A DNA stretch of 64,000 bases, from NCBI RefSeq assembly GCF_009914755.1, contig NC_060930.1; one strand, 5' to 3'. This DNA is from the human T2T-CHM13v2.0 reference genome, Homo sapiens. Shown one piece after another: positions 1-12,652 of the stretch. The notes beneath the pieces are model-generated. The model had not been told where the DNA came from. It saw only the letters and a program-made list of their open reading frames with translations, and did not search any database. Position 1 is the stretch's first letter. The number at the start of each line of letters is the position of its first letter. A program made the position numbers and the translations under genes.

Positions 1-1123
1 GGTTCTTTTAGTGCTGGATATTGAAGAGAGAATGCTCTTGAAGTTCCCATAAAACATTATGTAAATTAAGCTAAAATGGCAATGACTTATAAAAACAAAG
101 AAAAATGCCTCTTCTCTCTAATTGCCTTTTGGAATCATTAAACATTCTGCAATTTGTTTTTAAGAATTACCTTTTTCCACTAGATTTTTGAAGAATTAAT
201 GAGAAAAAACTGTGAAATTCTTTTGGCGACTATTAAAAATAATAGGGACTGTGTTTTGGTGTACTCCTGACTTCCTCTGAGTTCCCTAGGTATTGAAATG
301 GAGAGCTGGATAAAGTGGACCGAAATAAGTATAAGCTTTGTTTTCAGGCACTCCAGAGAAGTTTTAAAAAAAATATTTATACTTAATTCATGTAACATGA
401 GAATGTAACATTCACTCCCCGTCTATCTCCATCTCACCTGTCTGTGGCCTTAAGTGAAAGAAAAACACTTTCCCTTCCTTTTGTTCAAAGCAGAAATTGA
501 CATCACCATACCTTGTTTATGCCAGTTAAATGATGCATTTGTAAAAATAATTAGAAGATTTTTCTGAGGAATATGTAGGAGAAAAAGCAAGATAATCAGA
601 AATACTGTTGTTGCTTTTAGTACACTTTCTTTAATAAAACGTTGTTTACTATTCATATTATCAGCAGTTATTTGCTTAGAAAAATTTTCTGAATCCTACA
701 TAAAAATAATGAGATGAACATAGATGTGAAGGATATAGAATAATCCATATTATAACCTACCTATCCTCAACTTTCACTTGATATCTCGATATTTGGTAGG
801 CAAAATATTTATAATGTTCAAAATATGTTAGACCATGGAACATTACAGGGTTTGGCGATAATGCTATGGGAATTTGACAGTTGTTTCCGTTACTTTTATG
901 AGCAAGGTAGCAGAACACATTTACCATCAAGATACAAATGGAGTACAATGAATACTGGAGGCTCTCTTACAACTTATCATTTCCACCCAGCTTATATTCT
1001 CTCCCAATAACACCACCATTTTAGTCACTCAAAGCTTCTGCAAAAATGACTATCAAACTAAAAAGAGTAATAAGTAATATTTATTATGCATCATGAAATA
1101 TTCCACTTACTTTATGCAAATAA

Positions 1124-1585
<462 letters not shown>

Positions 1586-1606
1586 TAGAACCTATAACTT
1601 CTAACC

Positions 1607-2219
1607 TGTAAACCAAAAATAAAATTCTAAGTTTCCTGCAACCCTTCAAATGAACCCCTCCTTTTGGCCAAGGCATTCCGAAGCTAACCTGAAAAACTGG
1701 TTCAGGCCATGAAAGGAGGGTCAGAAATGATTCATTATACCCTCTTCCCTTTTGGAATTCAGAAAAAGCTGACCAACATTAACATTAACACAGACTTTAA
1801 GTCTGAAGAGAAACATTTACAATCTATTCTCTCTGAAGCCTGCTACTTGGAGGCTTCATGTGCATGATAAAACTTTGGTCTCCATATCCCTTTACCATCC
1901 CAGACATTCCTTTCTATTGATTCCAGGTCTTTAGATAACAGCTTAGCTCAACCAGTTGCCAATCAGAAAGTGTTTAAGTCTACCTATAACCTGGAAGCCG
2001 CTGCTTCAAGTTGTCCTTCCTTTCCAGACCAAAACAATGTACAACTTACATGATTGATGTCTCATGTCTTCCTAAACTGTATAAAACTAGGCTGTTCCCC
2101 AACCACCTTGGGCACATGTTCTCATGGTCTCCTGAAGGCTGTGTCATGGGCCATGGTAACTCATATTTGGCTCAGAATAAATCTCTTCAAATATTTTACA
2201 GTTTGACTTTTGGTCGACA
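1607..2219 (+). mobile_element. MER4-family (MER4A-like) ERV1 solo LTR
   Basis: TGTAAACCAAAAATAAAATTCTAAG...AATAAATCTCTTCAAATATTTTACAG...TCGACA termini; 4-bp TSD AACC at 1603-1606 and 2220-2223. Confidence 0.85.
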
Positions 2220-2487
2220 AACCAATAGAATATGGCAAAGGTGAAAGGATTTTCAGGAGGCAATTAAGGCCTCTAATCAATTGACTCTGAGTCAATAAAA
2301 AAGAATATTTTGGGTGGTCCTGACTTTATCAGGTGAGCCCTTTAAAAGAAGACTTATGCTGTCCCTGACAGAAGAAACTGGAAGTAGGAGATGTGCTCTC
2401 ATGCTGGCCTTGAAACAAATAGCCACTGTGTACTGCCTATGGAGAGGGGCAGTCTATAGACGCTGAGGATTTCAGTCCTACAACCTC

Positions 2488-2590
2488 TGATATGGTTTGG
2501 CTGTGTCGCCATCCAAAATCTCACCTTGAATTATAATCACCATTAACCCCAATAATCCCCACATGTCAAGGGAGAGGCCAGGTGAGAGAT
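2488..2590 (+). mobile_element. THE1/MST MaLR LTR 5' fragment
   Basis: tgatatggtttggctgtgtcgccatccaaaatctcaccttgaatt...ataatccccacatgtcaaggg; similarity lost after ~100 bp. Confidence 0.75.
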
Positions 2591-3218
2591 ACAGCTGTGG
2601 ATGATAACTTGGACTCTAGCCAGGCCTTTCTAATTTAATGCTTTCCGTCAATCAATATCAACTCTCCAAGTGAAAAATGACATAATGCCATTTGAAAACA
2701 AAGTAAAGCACATTTACAAAGCCAAATACAGAGATAAAGTAGGATCATGAAAAGTAGGTTTTAGTTCTTAAGTGCTTTGCACAACTGTATTATCAAATGC
2801 AGTTGCCCTTAAGTGAGAGGTAGCCTAGAACATAAATGGCTTGCAAAAATCTTGTAGAGGTATAGTTTTTCATGTGACATTTCCTTTTTTAAATAACAAA
2901 CCCTAAAGATTTGAGGGAGATACCAGAAGTTACACTATCATCTCTGAGGTAGATTTCACTTTTAAATTACTGGGAACCAAAACAAAAGCCTTTATTTTAA
3001 GCAAATTTGCTTTATTTATTTGCCTGTAGATGTCTGTGTTTCTTCATCAGTAGCATGAAATTATGTTCCAGTTATTTTATGGTTTATCATTTCTGTATCA
3101 TTCCTGTATTCATTTTAATTTGAATAATAAATCAAGTTGCTAAGTCATAGGAAGCTCAGTGTTCTGTGCCAAGGATTCACCAAATAGTGCTTCTCTATGA
3201 AGACTGCCTCACGTTTTT

Positions 3219-3396
3219 ACAGTGTTTCTCAAATATTGGTATGCAGCAAAATTAACCGGAGGGCTTGTTAAAATGCTGACTGTTGGGCCTCAACCCCAGA
3301 GAGCTGTTTAAATAGGTCTGGGTGGGACTCAATAATTTGCATTTATAACTTATTTGCAGATGCTGCTGATTTGACATAAAAATGAGGACCATTGCT
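3219..3396. mobile_element. MER5A-like hAT-Charlie MITE
   Basis: cagtgtttctcaaa...gggcttgttaaaatgc...taggtctgggtggg...aatttgcattt...gaggaccattg. Confidence 0.7.
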
Positions 3397-3544
3397 ATAT
3401 TAACTTCACTGCATTGCTATAAGGTAATATTTTTAAAATAAGTTTTACTCAACAATACAATCAAGTCTGACAACTCAAATCTATTTTTAAGATATTTTCC
3501 TATATGATGTACGTTACCCTAATAATACAAACTAATATTTATTG

Positions 3545-4028
3545 AAAAAGTACCACCTGCTATGTATATTTATCGCAGCACAATTCACAATTTCAAAGAT
3601 GTGGAACCAACTTAAGTGCCTAGCAGTTAATGAGTGGATAAAGAAAATGTGGCATATATACACCATAGATTACTACTCAGCCATTAAAAGGAATGAAATA
3701 ATGTCTTTTGCAGCAACTTGGATGCAGCTGGAGGCTATTATTCTAAGTGAAGTAACACAGGAGTGGAAAATCAAAAACTGTTCTCACAAGTGGGAGATAA
3801 ACTATGAGTATGCAAAGGCATGCAGAGTGATATAATGGACTATAGAGACTCAGAAAGGGGAAAGTGGGAGGGAGGCTAGGGATAAAAAACTACACATTTG
3901 TTACAGCGTCCACTACTCTGGTGATGGGTACACTAAAATCTCAATTCACCACTGTATCATTCATGTAACAGAAAACTACTGATAACGCCAAAAGCTTTTG
4001 ACATTTTTAAATGTTTAAAATAAAAATA
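3545..4028 (+). mobile_element. L1PB-type 3' end (ORF2 C-terminus and 3' UTR)
   Basis: ORF 3542-3835 reads [37 protein letters not shown] (L1 ORF2p C-terminus); L1PB-like 3' UTR and A-rich tail. Confidence 0.85.
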
Positions 4029-4049
4029 GTTACCATGTGCTATGTAGTC

Positions 4050-4218
4050 GTATATGTATTCATTTAATTACAATAATTCTATGAGGCTGGTACTATTACT
4101 TTACAGGTGAGAAAAGCGTATCATAGAGAATTTAGGGTCCTACAGTTAAGAGATGGTAGATTGGTGGTCTAAATCTGGTTATCAACTCCAGAGCTCCCTC
4201 TTTTAACTACTACACTGT
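4050..4218 (-). mobile_element. MIR SINE remnant
   Basis: ctatgaggctggtactattactttacaggtgagaaaa...actccagagctccctcttttaactactacactg. Confidence 0.6.
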
Positions 4219-4578
4219 TGCTATGGACTAAATATGTCTCCTCAAAATCCATTCATATATTGGAACCTTAATCTCCAAAGTGACTGTACTTGGAGAGAGG
4301 GCTTTGGGGAGGTAATTAAGGTTAAATGAGGTCATAAGGGTGGGGTACTAATCTAATAGAATTTGTGGCCCTTATAAGAAGGTAGAGGGAAAGAGATCTC
4401 ACTCTCCCCACATGCATCTAGAAAAGATTTTGTGGGTACACAGCAAGGAGGCAGAGAATCCCACCTTGCTGGCACTCTGATCTCAAACTTTCAGCCTCCA
4501 AAACTGGGGAAAATAAATTTCTGTTTAAGTTACTGAGTCTATGGTAGTTTGTTATGGCAGTCTAAGCAGAGTAAAACC
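4219..4578 (+). mobile_element. MLT1A-like MaLR solo LTR
   Basis: tgctatggactaaat...aggtaattaaggttaaatgaggtcataagggtggg...aataaatttctg...gttatggcag; 5-bp TSD ACTGT at 4214-4218 and 4579-4583. Confidence 0.85.
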
Positions 4579-5234
4579 ACTGTTTATCTGTCATACAAAT
4601 ATTTTTGGCAATCTTCTTGAATGAAATTAGTCTATTACTTTCTATATATTTGTCTTCAATGAAGTAATGGCAAAGGGCACACAACATTCTCACTTATAAC
4701 CACAGATTAGGCCAACATCCTTGGTTTCCTGGGCTCCTCAGAGTATGGGAGAGTCTGGGTAGAAGGCATTAGAGATCACTTTAATCTGGTACTACTAGAA
4801 AGAGTGATGAGAAGGTATTAGATTCATTTTCTCTCTGCTACATTGCTTTACTAGGGATCTGATTGCCATTTCTGCTGTAATTTAAATCACACTCTTCGGA
4901 TGACATAGAAATGCTTAGTCGTTCAATGGATTTTTGAGCTTCAAAGTGATGCCTTGGTTTAGGCAAATTTATTCAGACTATTTAAAACTCTAAATGATCA
5001 TTAAGCTGTTGAGAATCAGAAAAAAATTCCCAGAGAAAACAGATCAGGGTAATGAAATAGCAGATAATTAGTAAGTAGGTTTCCTACACTTATCTGGGTA
5101 GAAAGAGAAGAAACTGGCAATGTTTGTTAAATATAGATAGAAAACTACTTAACAGCAATACAAATTAAGTACCTGGAAACAGCATTAACAAGAAATTTTT
5201 AGTTAATACATGTACTATTTGTGGATTAAAATAT

Positions 5235-5930
5235 ATTTTTCATTGAAGTATATATCATATCTATAGTAATGTATATAAATCTTAAGTACTATATATAAGA
5301 TCAACAAATTTTACACCCAGACTAAACACTATACACTATACCAGACTATACACTAATCACTATAGTTTTGCTTGTATTTGAGCTTCACATACATGTTCTT
5401 CTGTGTGGCTTTTGTTCAACATTATGTCTCCGAGATTCATCCATGTTACATGCAGCAGTTATTCATTTAAAAAAATTACTCTAATTTTTGGTTGCGTAAA
5501 TATACCACACTTTATCCATTTCTTTCTAGATGGCTATTTTCAATGTTTGAATGTTGTAAATGAAACTTTGAATATTTTTATGTGCCTTTTATGGGACATA
5601 GATTCATTTCTTTTGAGTATATCATTAGAATTAGTTTTTTTTAGTTGTATAGCAGGCATATATTTAGCTTTATTAGATACTGCCAGTTTTCTAAAGTGCT
5701 TATAAACATTTTATAGTCCCACCAGTAATATGTGAGCATCCCAAATATTTTATATATTTACCAACACTTGGTTTTGTCAGTTTTTACCATTCTGGTTGGT
5801 GGCAGTATTCACTGTGATTCAACTTGCAGTTTTCTTTATGACTAACGATGTTGAGTATCTTCCCATGTTTACAGCCAATTTGTATATCTTTCTTTCCCCT
5901 TTTGTGAGAAATCTTTTGCCTATGCTGACA
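5235..5930 (-). mobile_element. Old L1M (ME-like) 3' fragment
   Basis: gagattcatccatgtt..., atgactaacgatgttgagtatctt...: degenerate reverse L1 3' motifs. Confidence 0.6.
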
Positions 5931-6414
5931 TTTTTTGACTCCTCTTGGACTGGACATCATCCCAGTAGATCATTTTCCATTCTTGTGGTGGCTGTTCTTC
6001 TCCCTTTCAGGTTTTCAACATCCACACAGATTTAAAGTTTCCTAAACTTAAATGTGCATAGGAATTTCTTAGGGTAGAAGGGAAGTTTATTGAAATAAAG
6101 AATCCTAAGTCCCACCATACACTCAGTGAATAAGAATCTTCAGGAAGAGATTTACAAGCTCTCCTAATGATTCTGAATACAGATGTTTTACAAACAAACT
6201 TTAAACATATCATTCTCTATTTTCTTGTACATGTTTGTTTCACATAGTGTTTCTTAAAATTTAAAAAGTCAATTGTGATATGTTTATCTATTCAATTCTT
6301 ATTTACACCTCTGATATTTGGATTCTTACTTTACAGAAAGATTGTTTATTATGTTGGTTTCTGGTTGATTCTATTAAGGTAAACTTTTAAAACTAATTGT
6401 TAATTTCTATGTGT

Positions 6415-6520
6415 TTCATTATTCCATCTATTTTGAGTGTGCCAGACATAGTTCTAGGTGCGGGAGATATAGTAATAAGACAAGGAAGTAGATCCCTGTC
6501 CTCATAGAGGTTATAATCTA
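6415..6520 (-). mobile_element. L2 3' remnant
   Basis: gtgccagacatagttctaggtgcgggagatatagtaataag...ccctgtcctcatagaggttataatcta. Confidence 0.6.
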
Positions 6521-7375
6521 CCCTCTTCTGTTTATTTTACAGTTGTTTTCTCTCTACTGTTTACATTCAAGTTTATGTTAAATGCATAGTTAATGCATTC
6601 TCTCCATTCCCTCTCTAATGAAATTTCTTGAGGCTACAATTTTTCTAGTGAGTACTATTTCAACCATAATACATATGTAGATTTTTGTGTGTGGTTCATC
6701 AACTACGATTTCACTTCACTTTCAGTTTACATGAGTGTTTTAACTTCCCAAGGTGTTAGGTATTGGTGTCTTTTTGTTACTGAGGTCTAGCTCTATACTG
6801 GGAGAAGTGTATTAATATTTTTTACTCTAATTATAACTTCATCTGGCTCTCTTTGTATTTCTAAGATTTATGGTACAAGTATCAAGATGAACTATTAGGA
6901 GTAGTATTTATGTGAATTCTATGTATTAAGATGAATATGACCATTATTATATATTCTTTGAGGACTAAACCTTTTACCAATATAAAATGTTTCTTATCTT
7001 TTTTAATGCTTCTTTAAATTCAACCTTGCCTGAAGGCCTAATGTTTACATTTTCCTGTCTTTTTTGTTTGTTTGCTTAACATAAGCCTGGTATACGTAGG
7101 TTTATCCTCTGATTTACAACTATTCTGTGTCATTTTATTTTCAATTTTTTTATTGTAAGCAATGCATAGCTCAATGTTCTTTTTTAATCCATTAGGAAAT
7201 GTTTGTCTTACATTGGAAAAATTCAATTATTCACATAGGCTGTGGTTAATTAACATTTTCTTTTCCCCTCCTTCCCTTCTTTCCTTCCTTTTTGCTTTCC
7301 ATGTCTTATGTCTATTGTTTCCTTTTAGTTATTTCCCATTTTTACAGTAATTACTAAACTTCTATGGTTGCTTAT

Positions 7376-7902
7376 TGTGGTAGTAAACCTATAAGAGCCC
7401 AGTGATTCCTCCTGGTGTTTACAACCTTGTTTGGTTCCTTCTTACAATGAACCAGGATCAGTCTGTGGGGTGAACAGAACAAGGGAGAACTGACAGCATA
7501 TCACCTCCAATAATAGGTTGGGCACCCTTCTCTCTCACTCTCCGCAGCCCCCAATCTTTGTTCTTTCTCTTATCACTCACTGGGAGAATCCAAATGCCAT
7601 GTGCTAAAGACACTCAGGCAGTCAATGCAGAAGTAGATAGGACAAAGAATTGAAGTATCTGTCCAACAGCCAGTGAAGAACTGAGGTTTCCAAGCAACTA
7701 TGTTGGTGAGCCTGGAAATGGAGTCTCTGTCCCATATGAGGTCATTCAGCACTGGTTGACAGTCTAACTGCAACCTCAGAGCTTCTGAGCCAGAACCACT
7801 CAACTAAACCATACCTGGATTTGTGAGCCATGGAAACTGACAATGTTATTTTAAGCTGCAGAGTTTTGAGGTAATTTGTTATGCAGCAATAGATAACTAA
7901 TT
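7376..7902 (+). mobile_element. MLT1F-like MaLR LTR
   Basis: ...ccaacagccagtgaagaactgagg...tgagccagaaccactcaactaa...ggtaatttgttatgcagcaatagataactaat. Confidence 0.75.
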
Positions 7903-8431
7903 TGTTGTTGTTGTTTCTTCCTCTGTTGGATTTGAAATTCCATAACCTATTTAAATTTTATGTCTAGTTACTCATAAATTTTTAACACATATTTTCACCC
8001 AATTTTTAATCTATATTCCTCTGAATTTGGTGGCATTTTTCATGTTTTTACTGTTGCTTCATTTCTCATATGCTAAGATTTCTTGAAATAATTAGTTTTA
8101 TTTCAGATAATAGTTGATTTTATTATACCACATTTTTCCATTTTATAATTCTCTTCAAAATAGTTTTATTTACTAATACATGTTTTACATTAAAAATTAT
8201 ATATAAAAAGGCTTCACTAACTTCTTTTCTTATCCCAGCTTTTTGTCATTTCCCATTTTAAAATATTTTGATTTCTTATTGTCCTGAGAGTCTTTCAAAT
8301 TTTTTTCCCTTAAAGTACATTTCAGTGTTATATACTTTGATTCTTTCCTCGTTTAATAATTTAGCTAATTGGTTCTCATACTTCAGTGATTTTTGTTTAT
8401 TTACTTGTTTGAATATAATTCTTTCTTTTGT

Positions 8432-8941
8432 TGTTTTAATTATACTTTAAGTTCTGGGGTACATGTGCAGAATGTGCAGGTTTGTTACATAGGTATACAC
8501 GTGCCATAGTGGTTTACTGCACCCATCAACCCGTCATCTACTCTCCTAATGCTGTCCTTCCCCTAGACTCCCATCCCCTGACAGGCCCCAGTGTGTGATG
8601 TTCCCCTCTGTGTCCATGTGTTCTCATCATTCAACTCCTACTTATGAGTGAGAACATGTGGCGTTTGGTTTTCTGTTCTTGTGTTAGTTGCTAAGAATGA
8701 TGGTTCCCAGCTTCATCCATGTTCCTGAAAAGGACATGAACTCATCCTTTTTTATTTATTGCTGCATAGTATTCCATGGTATATGTGCCACATTTTCTTT
8801 ATGCAGTCTATCATTGATGGGCATTTGGGTTGGTTCCAAGTCATTGCTATTGTGAACAGTGCCGTAATAAACATACGTGTGCATGTGTCTTTATAGTAGA
8901 ATGATTTATAATCCTTTGGGTACCTATCCAGTAATGGGACT
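8432..8941 (-). mobile_element. L1PA7/8-like 5'-truncated 3' end
   Basis: ttatactttaagttctggggtacatgtgcagaatgtgcagg...cccatcaacccgtcatctac: reverse L1PA 3' UTR plus ORF2 end. Confidence 0.9.
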
Positions 8942-8971
8942 TCTTACATCACAATTCTTGTCTCTTGATAA

Positions 8972-9805
8972 TGAAATGGGAAAAGTTCCCTTGTCCCCTT
9001 TGCTTGCAGGGTATGTGATGGGGGTGTGACTCGCTTCTTCAGTGCCCAGCTGCTCAAACCTCTAGGGGAGCTTAAGGACAGGCAGTCTGTGGGGCTCCGA
9101 TCTCACAGCAGGTTCTAGGGGTGAATGTTTACAGCTCTTGAAGCCCCAGTGGGCATGTGTTACAGGGTGCTCTTAGTTTGCCATCTATAGGTGGCTGGTG
9201 TTAACCAGCTCAATCACACTCTCCACCTTGTCACAAGGACAGAGGGCTTTCTGTATCCCAGGTTCTTGCGTTGGTGTACCAGAAGAATCAGATCACACAT
9301 GGGCTTGGAGAATGAGTGCAAAGTTTTATTGAGTTGAAGTAGCTATCAGCTGATGGGGGAGCCAGAAGGGAGATGGTCTTCCTCTGGAGTTGGGCTGTTT
9401 AGCAGCCCCACAGCCCTGGCTCTCCTCCAACTGCCCTGGCCAAACTCCACTTGGCCGATGGCCAGCTGGAGTGCTGGTGGTGTTGGTGTGCTCTTCTGCT
9501 GAGGTGCTGCTCTCCACCACCAGCAGCTTGTGTCTTCTTCTGTTGATGTACTCCTCTGGAAGTCTGGCCACCTGTGTGTCTTCCCGCTAGGGTTCGGGTT
9601 TTTATAGGCCCAAGATGGGGGTATGGTGGGCCAGGGTGGTCTTGGGAAATGCAACATTTGTGCAGGAAATGCCTGTCCTCACCTAGATCTGTGGGGGTGG
9701 AGCCCTACCCAGGGACCACGCCCTCCCCTACCCAGCATTTCCCTTCCCTTGCTTCCATATTATTTAAAGGGACCATGCTCTTCCCTTCCCAGCACTCCTT
9801 TATCA
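8972..9805 (-). mobile_element. LTR1-family ERV1 solo LTR
   Basis: TG...CA termini with 4-bp TSD ATAA (8968-8971, 9806-9809); minus-strand TATAAAA (9600-9606) and AATAAA (9325-9330); minus-strand start tgataaaggagtgctgggaagggaagagcatggtccctttaaat resembles LTR1. Confidence 0.8.
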
Positions 9806-10609
9806 ATAACAGGTAGGAATTTTAATATATTCTATTTTGAAAATAATCTAATTTTATTCTGTTTGTTGTTAACTTGTTTATTCTCTCTGGAAACTTACAT
9901 AACAGTTGCCCTCTTGAAATTTAATAAAATTTATCACATTTTTTCTAAAAAGAAATATTCTTTTCATGTCTCCCTCTTTTGCCCTCTTATAATCTTAAAA
10001 CTTGACTCTTTAGTCACCTTAAGAAAAAAAATTAATTTATTATTTTCTTGATTATTGCTTCTACTTTCACATCTTTGTCTTTACATATCCAATTTTATAA
10101 ATATTCCTTTGGATCACCATGTCACGTTTTCACTAATTCCTTTTTCTTTGTTTTTTGTTTTACAGTCAGAAATAATTCGATTTGTCATTTCAAATAACTA
10201 ATTTGAGCAGAGTTTTTATTTTTATTTTGTCCCTCGAGTTTTTTATAAGCATATTTAATATTTTTGTTCTGAATCTTCTCTCTACCTAGCAAGTCACTCT
10301 TATTTCATGGATGCAAATAGCTTTGCATATCATTCTGTGGGTAACAAATAGAGATAAAAATAAGCCAAGTCCTTTTTTCTGCATATCGTCTATTTTCTTG
10401 AGGAAGTAAATTTTGAGAATTTAGCATGTTACTATTCTTTCATGATGTCGATTTTTCCTCAAGTTAATTCTGTATTTTCCATCAATATGATTAAATGTAG
10501 GATTAAATTAATCCATATTAATCATTGATAGTTGTTGCTACTTCCTAAAAAATCACGTGGATTATTTTAACATAAATTCCACATAATAAATATACACTTT
10601 AAAGTTTGG

Positions 10610-10791
10610 GAAGTTCTGACCCCAAAAATATGGTTCCTGGTGGCATTATCACTTAAAAATTTGTTAGATATGCAAATTGTGGAACCTCACTACAGACCTG
10701 CTGAATCAAACTCTGAGGTGGAGCCTAACAATCTGTGTTCTAATAAGCCCTTCTGGTGATTCTAGTGCATGCTCAAGTTTGAGAACCACTG
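10610..10791. mobile_element. MER5A-like MITE
   Basis: ttgttagatatgcaaatt...agacctgctgaatcaaactctgaggtgg...gtgattctagtgcatgctcaagtttgagaaccactg. Confidence 0.8.
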
Positions 10792-11018
10792 ATCTAAATG
10801 ATACTCTAGAAGGTGACTATGGATTTTCTGATGGTGTGTTCAGGTAGGCAACAAGTCAAAGTATTTGTTTCCCCATCACCTTCATCAAGGAATTAGGAAA
10901 AAAGCTGCTATGGAAACTGAGCACAATAGATTTCCCTACTTAAGCTACCTGATTTTATCTTCATGCTTCTCATGGTCCAACATTAGGTAGAGGCCATACC
11001 CTGTTTCTTTTTCTGGTC

Positions 11019-11483
11019 TGCAGTGGGTTCAATTGTGTCCCTTAAAAAGATTTATTCAAGTTCTAATTTCTAATACCTATAAATATGACCTTGTTTGGAA
11101 ATAGGCTCTTCTTAGATGTAATCAGCTAAGAAGATGTCATATTGGATTAGGGTAGGCCCTACATCCAATGATTGTTAGTATCCTTATATGAAGAACAGAG
11201 GACACAAAGATACACAGAGGAAGACATATGACCATAGAGACAGGGATAAGAGTTATGCAGCTACAAACCAAGGAACACAAAGGGTTGCTGGGAGCCACCA
11301 GATGCTAGAAAGAGGCAGGGAAGAATTCTTCCCTTGAGAAGGAGGACAACCATGTCCCACATTTTGATTTTTTTTTTTTTTTTTTTTTTTTACTTCTGCC
11401 TCTGTAACTCAGAATAAACTTATGTTGTGTTAGGTCACCAAGTTTTTGGTATTTCGTTGTGACAGCTCTAAAACACAAAAACA
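11019..11483 (+). mobile_element. MLT1C-like MaLR LTR with an internal ~24-nt poly-T run
   Basis: gaccttgtttggaaatagg...ggattagggtaggccct...gctacaaaccaaggaacac...gctagaaagaggcaggg; T run near 11368-11391. Confidence 0.8.
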
Positions 11484-12652
11484 GGCAAAATCTGCCTCCC
11501 CACTTCCTCTTTAACCAAAGTCAAATGGGATGTTGGGTAGAACTCTAGTTATAATATATTACGTCCAGCTAAGTCATCAAAAACAAGGCCATTCAGCCAT
11601 CTCTTGAAGATATTCCTCAAAAATGGCAGAGAGCATTTCCCCACCTCCAGTGAAAACATCTGTTCCCTTTCCCCAATGCTGAGACCTTTGATTCCTTCCA
11701 TTTTTTTCCTTGCTTCCTCCACAAATATCCCCCAACCTGTGTCCCAATTCCCTGACTGTCAACTTTCCCTTATTCTCTTTAGAAATAAAAACCTTGAGGC
11801 CTCTGGCACAGCCATGATTTTTTTGACCCTTGTGTAGGATGCAGGTAGGAGTGAGGGTGGTAACAGTCTATAGAGCAGGAAAAATGAAGGTCAACAACGT
11901 CAGCTTGACCCTGGATGGCAGCTTGCCTTTCTTTCATGAGGAATCTAAATATTTTTATTTAAAAAATTAAAGCATCTTATACCCTAGAGTTAATCTCTGT
12001 CAGTATTTCGATAGCTTCTTGATATTATGGTAAAGAGTTATCTTTTCTTCTTCCCAACTTTATATTACGTTAAAAACACTCATTCTTTTGTCTTTTTCTG
12101 GTCTATAATGGGATGAAGATAGCTTATCCTGCCACAATATTCATTTATGATAATAAAAATATATAGATTCAATGAAGAACATTTTGAAGTATATAAAAGT
12201 GAAAAGCAGAAAATGATTTATTCAATCTCATTTACCTTGAAGTAAACAGTGTTGTACCCAGGGTATACATTATTTAGACCATTCAGAAACATTATTTTAA
12301 TGGCTGTATAATATTTCCTTAACTAGATGGCTATATCATAATTTATATCACTGAGAAAATAAAAGCTATCATATAGGAGTAAAACCCTAAACTTTTTGTT
12401 TCCTGCTTGCAACTTATTCATTGGCCCTTACCCTGTTCCTTTATTTGTATTAGAGGGGACATAGAAGAGTTATAAACTTATTCCAAGTTTTATCTAAATC
12501 GATGTCCCAAACATCTTATTTTTTACCATAAACTCATGGTACTTCTTGATCACTTGCAGCCTTTCAAGTTTCCCATAATTTCCCCATCTGTCAAGGTTCT
12601 CAAAAGAGTTTTGTTATTATTATCTTGTATATGAGTTTGGCATTCATTTTTC

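Noticed and set aside
9326-10051. Cluster of overlapping ORFs
   Set aside because: Expected from the GC-rich, stop-poor LTR1 sequence.
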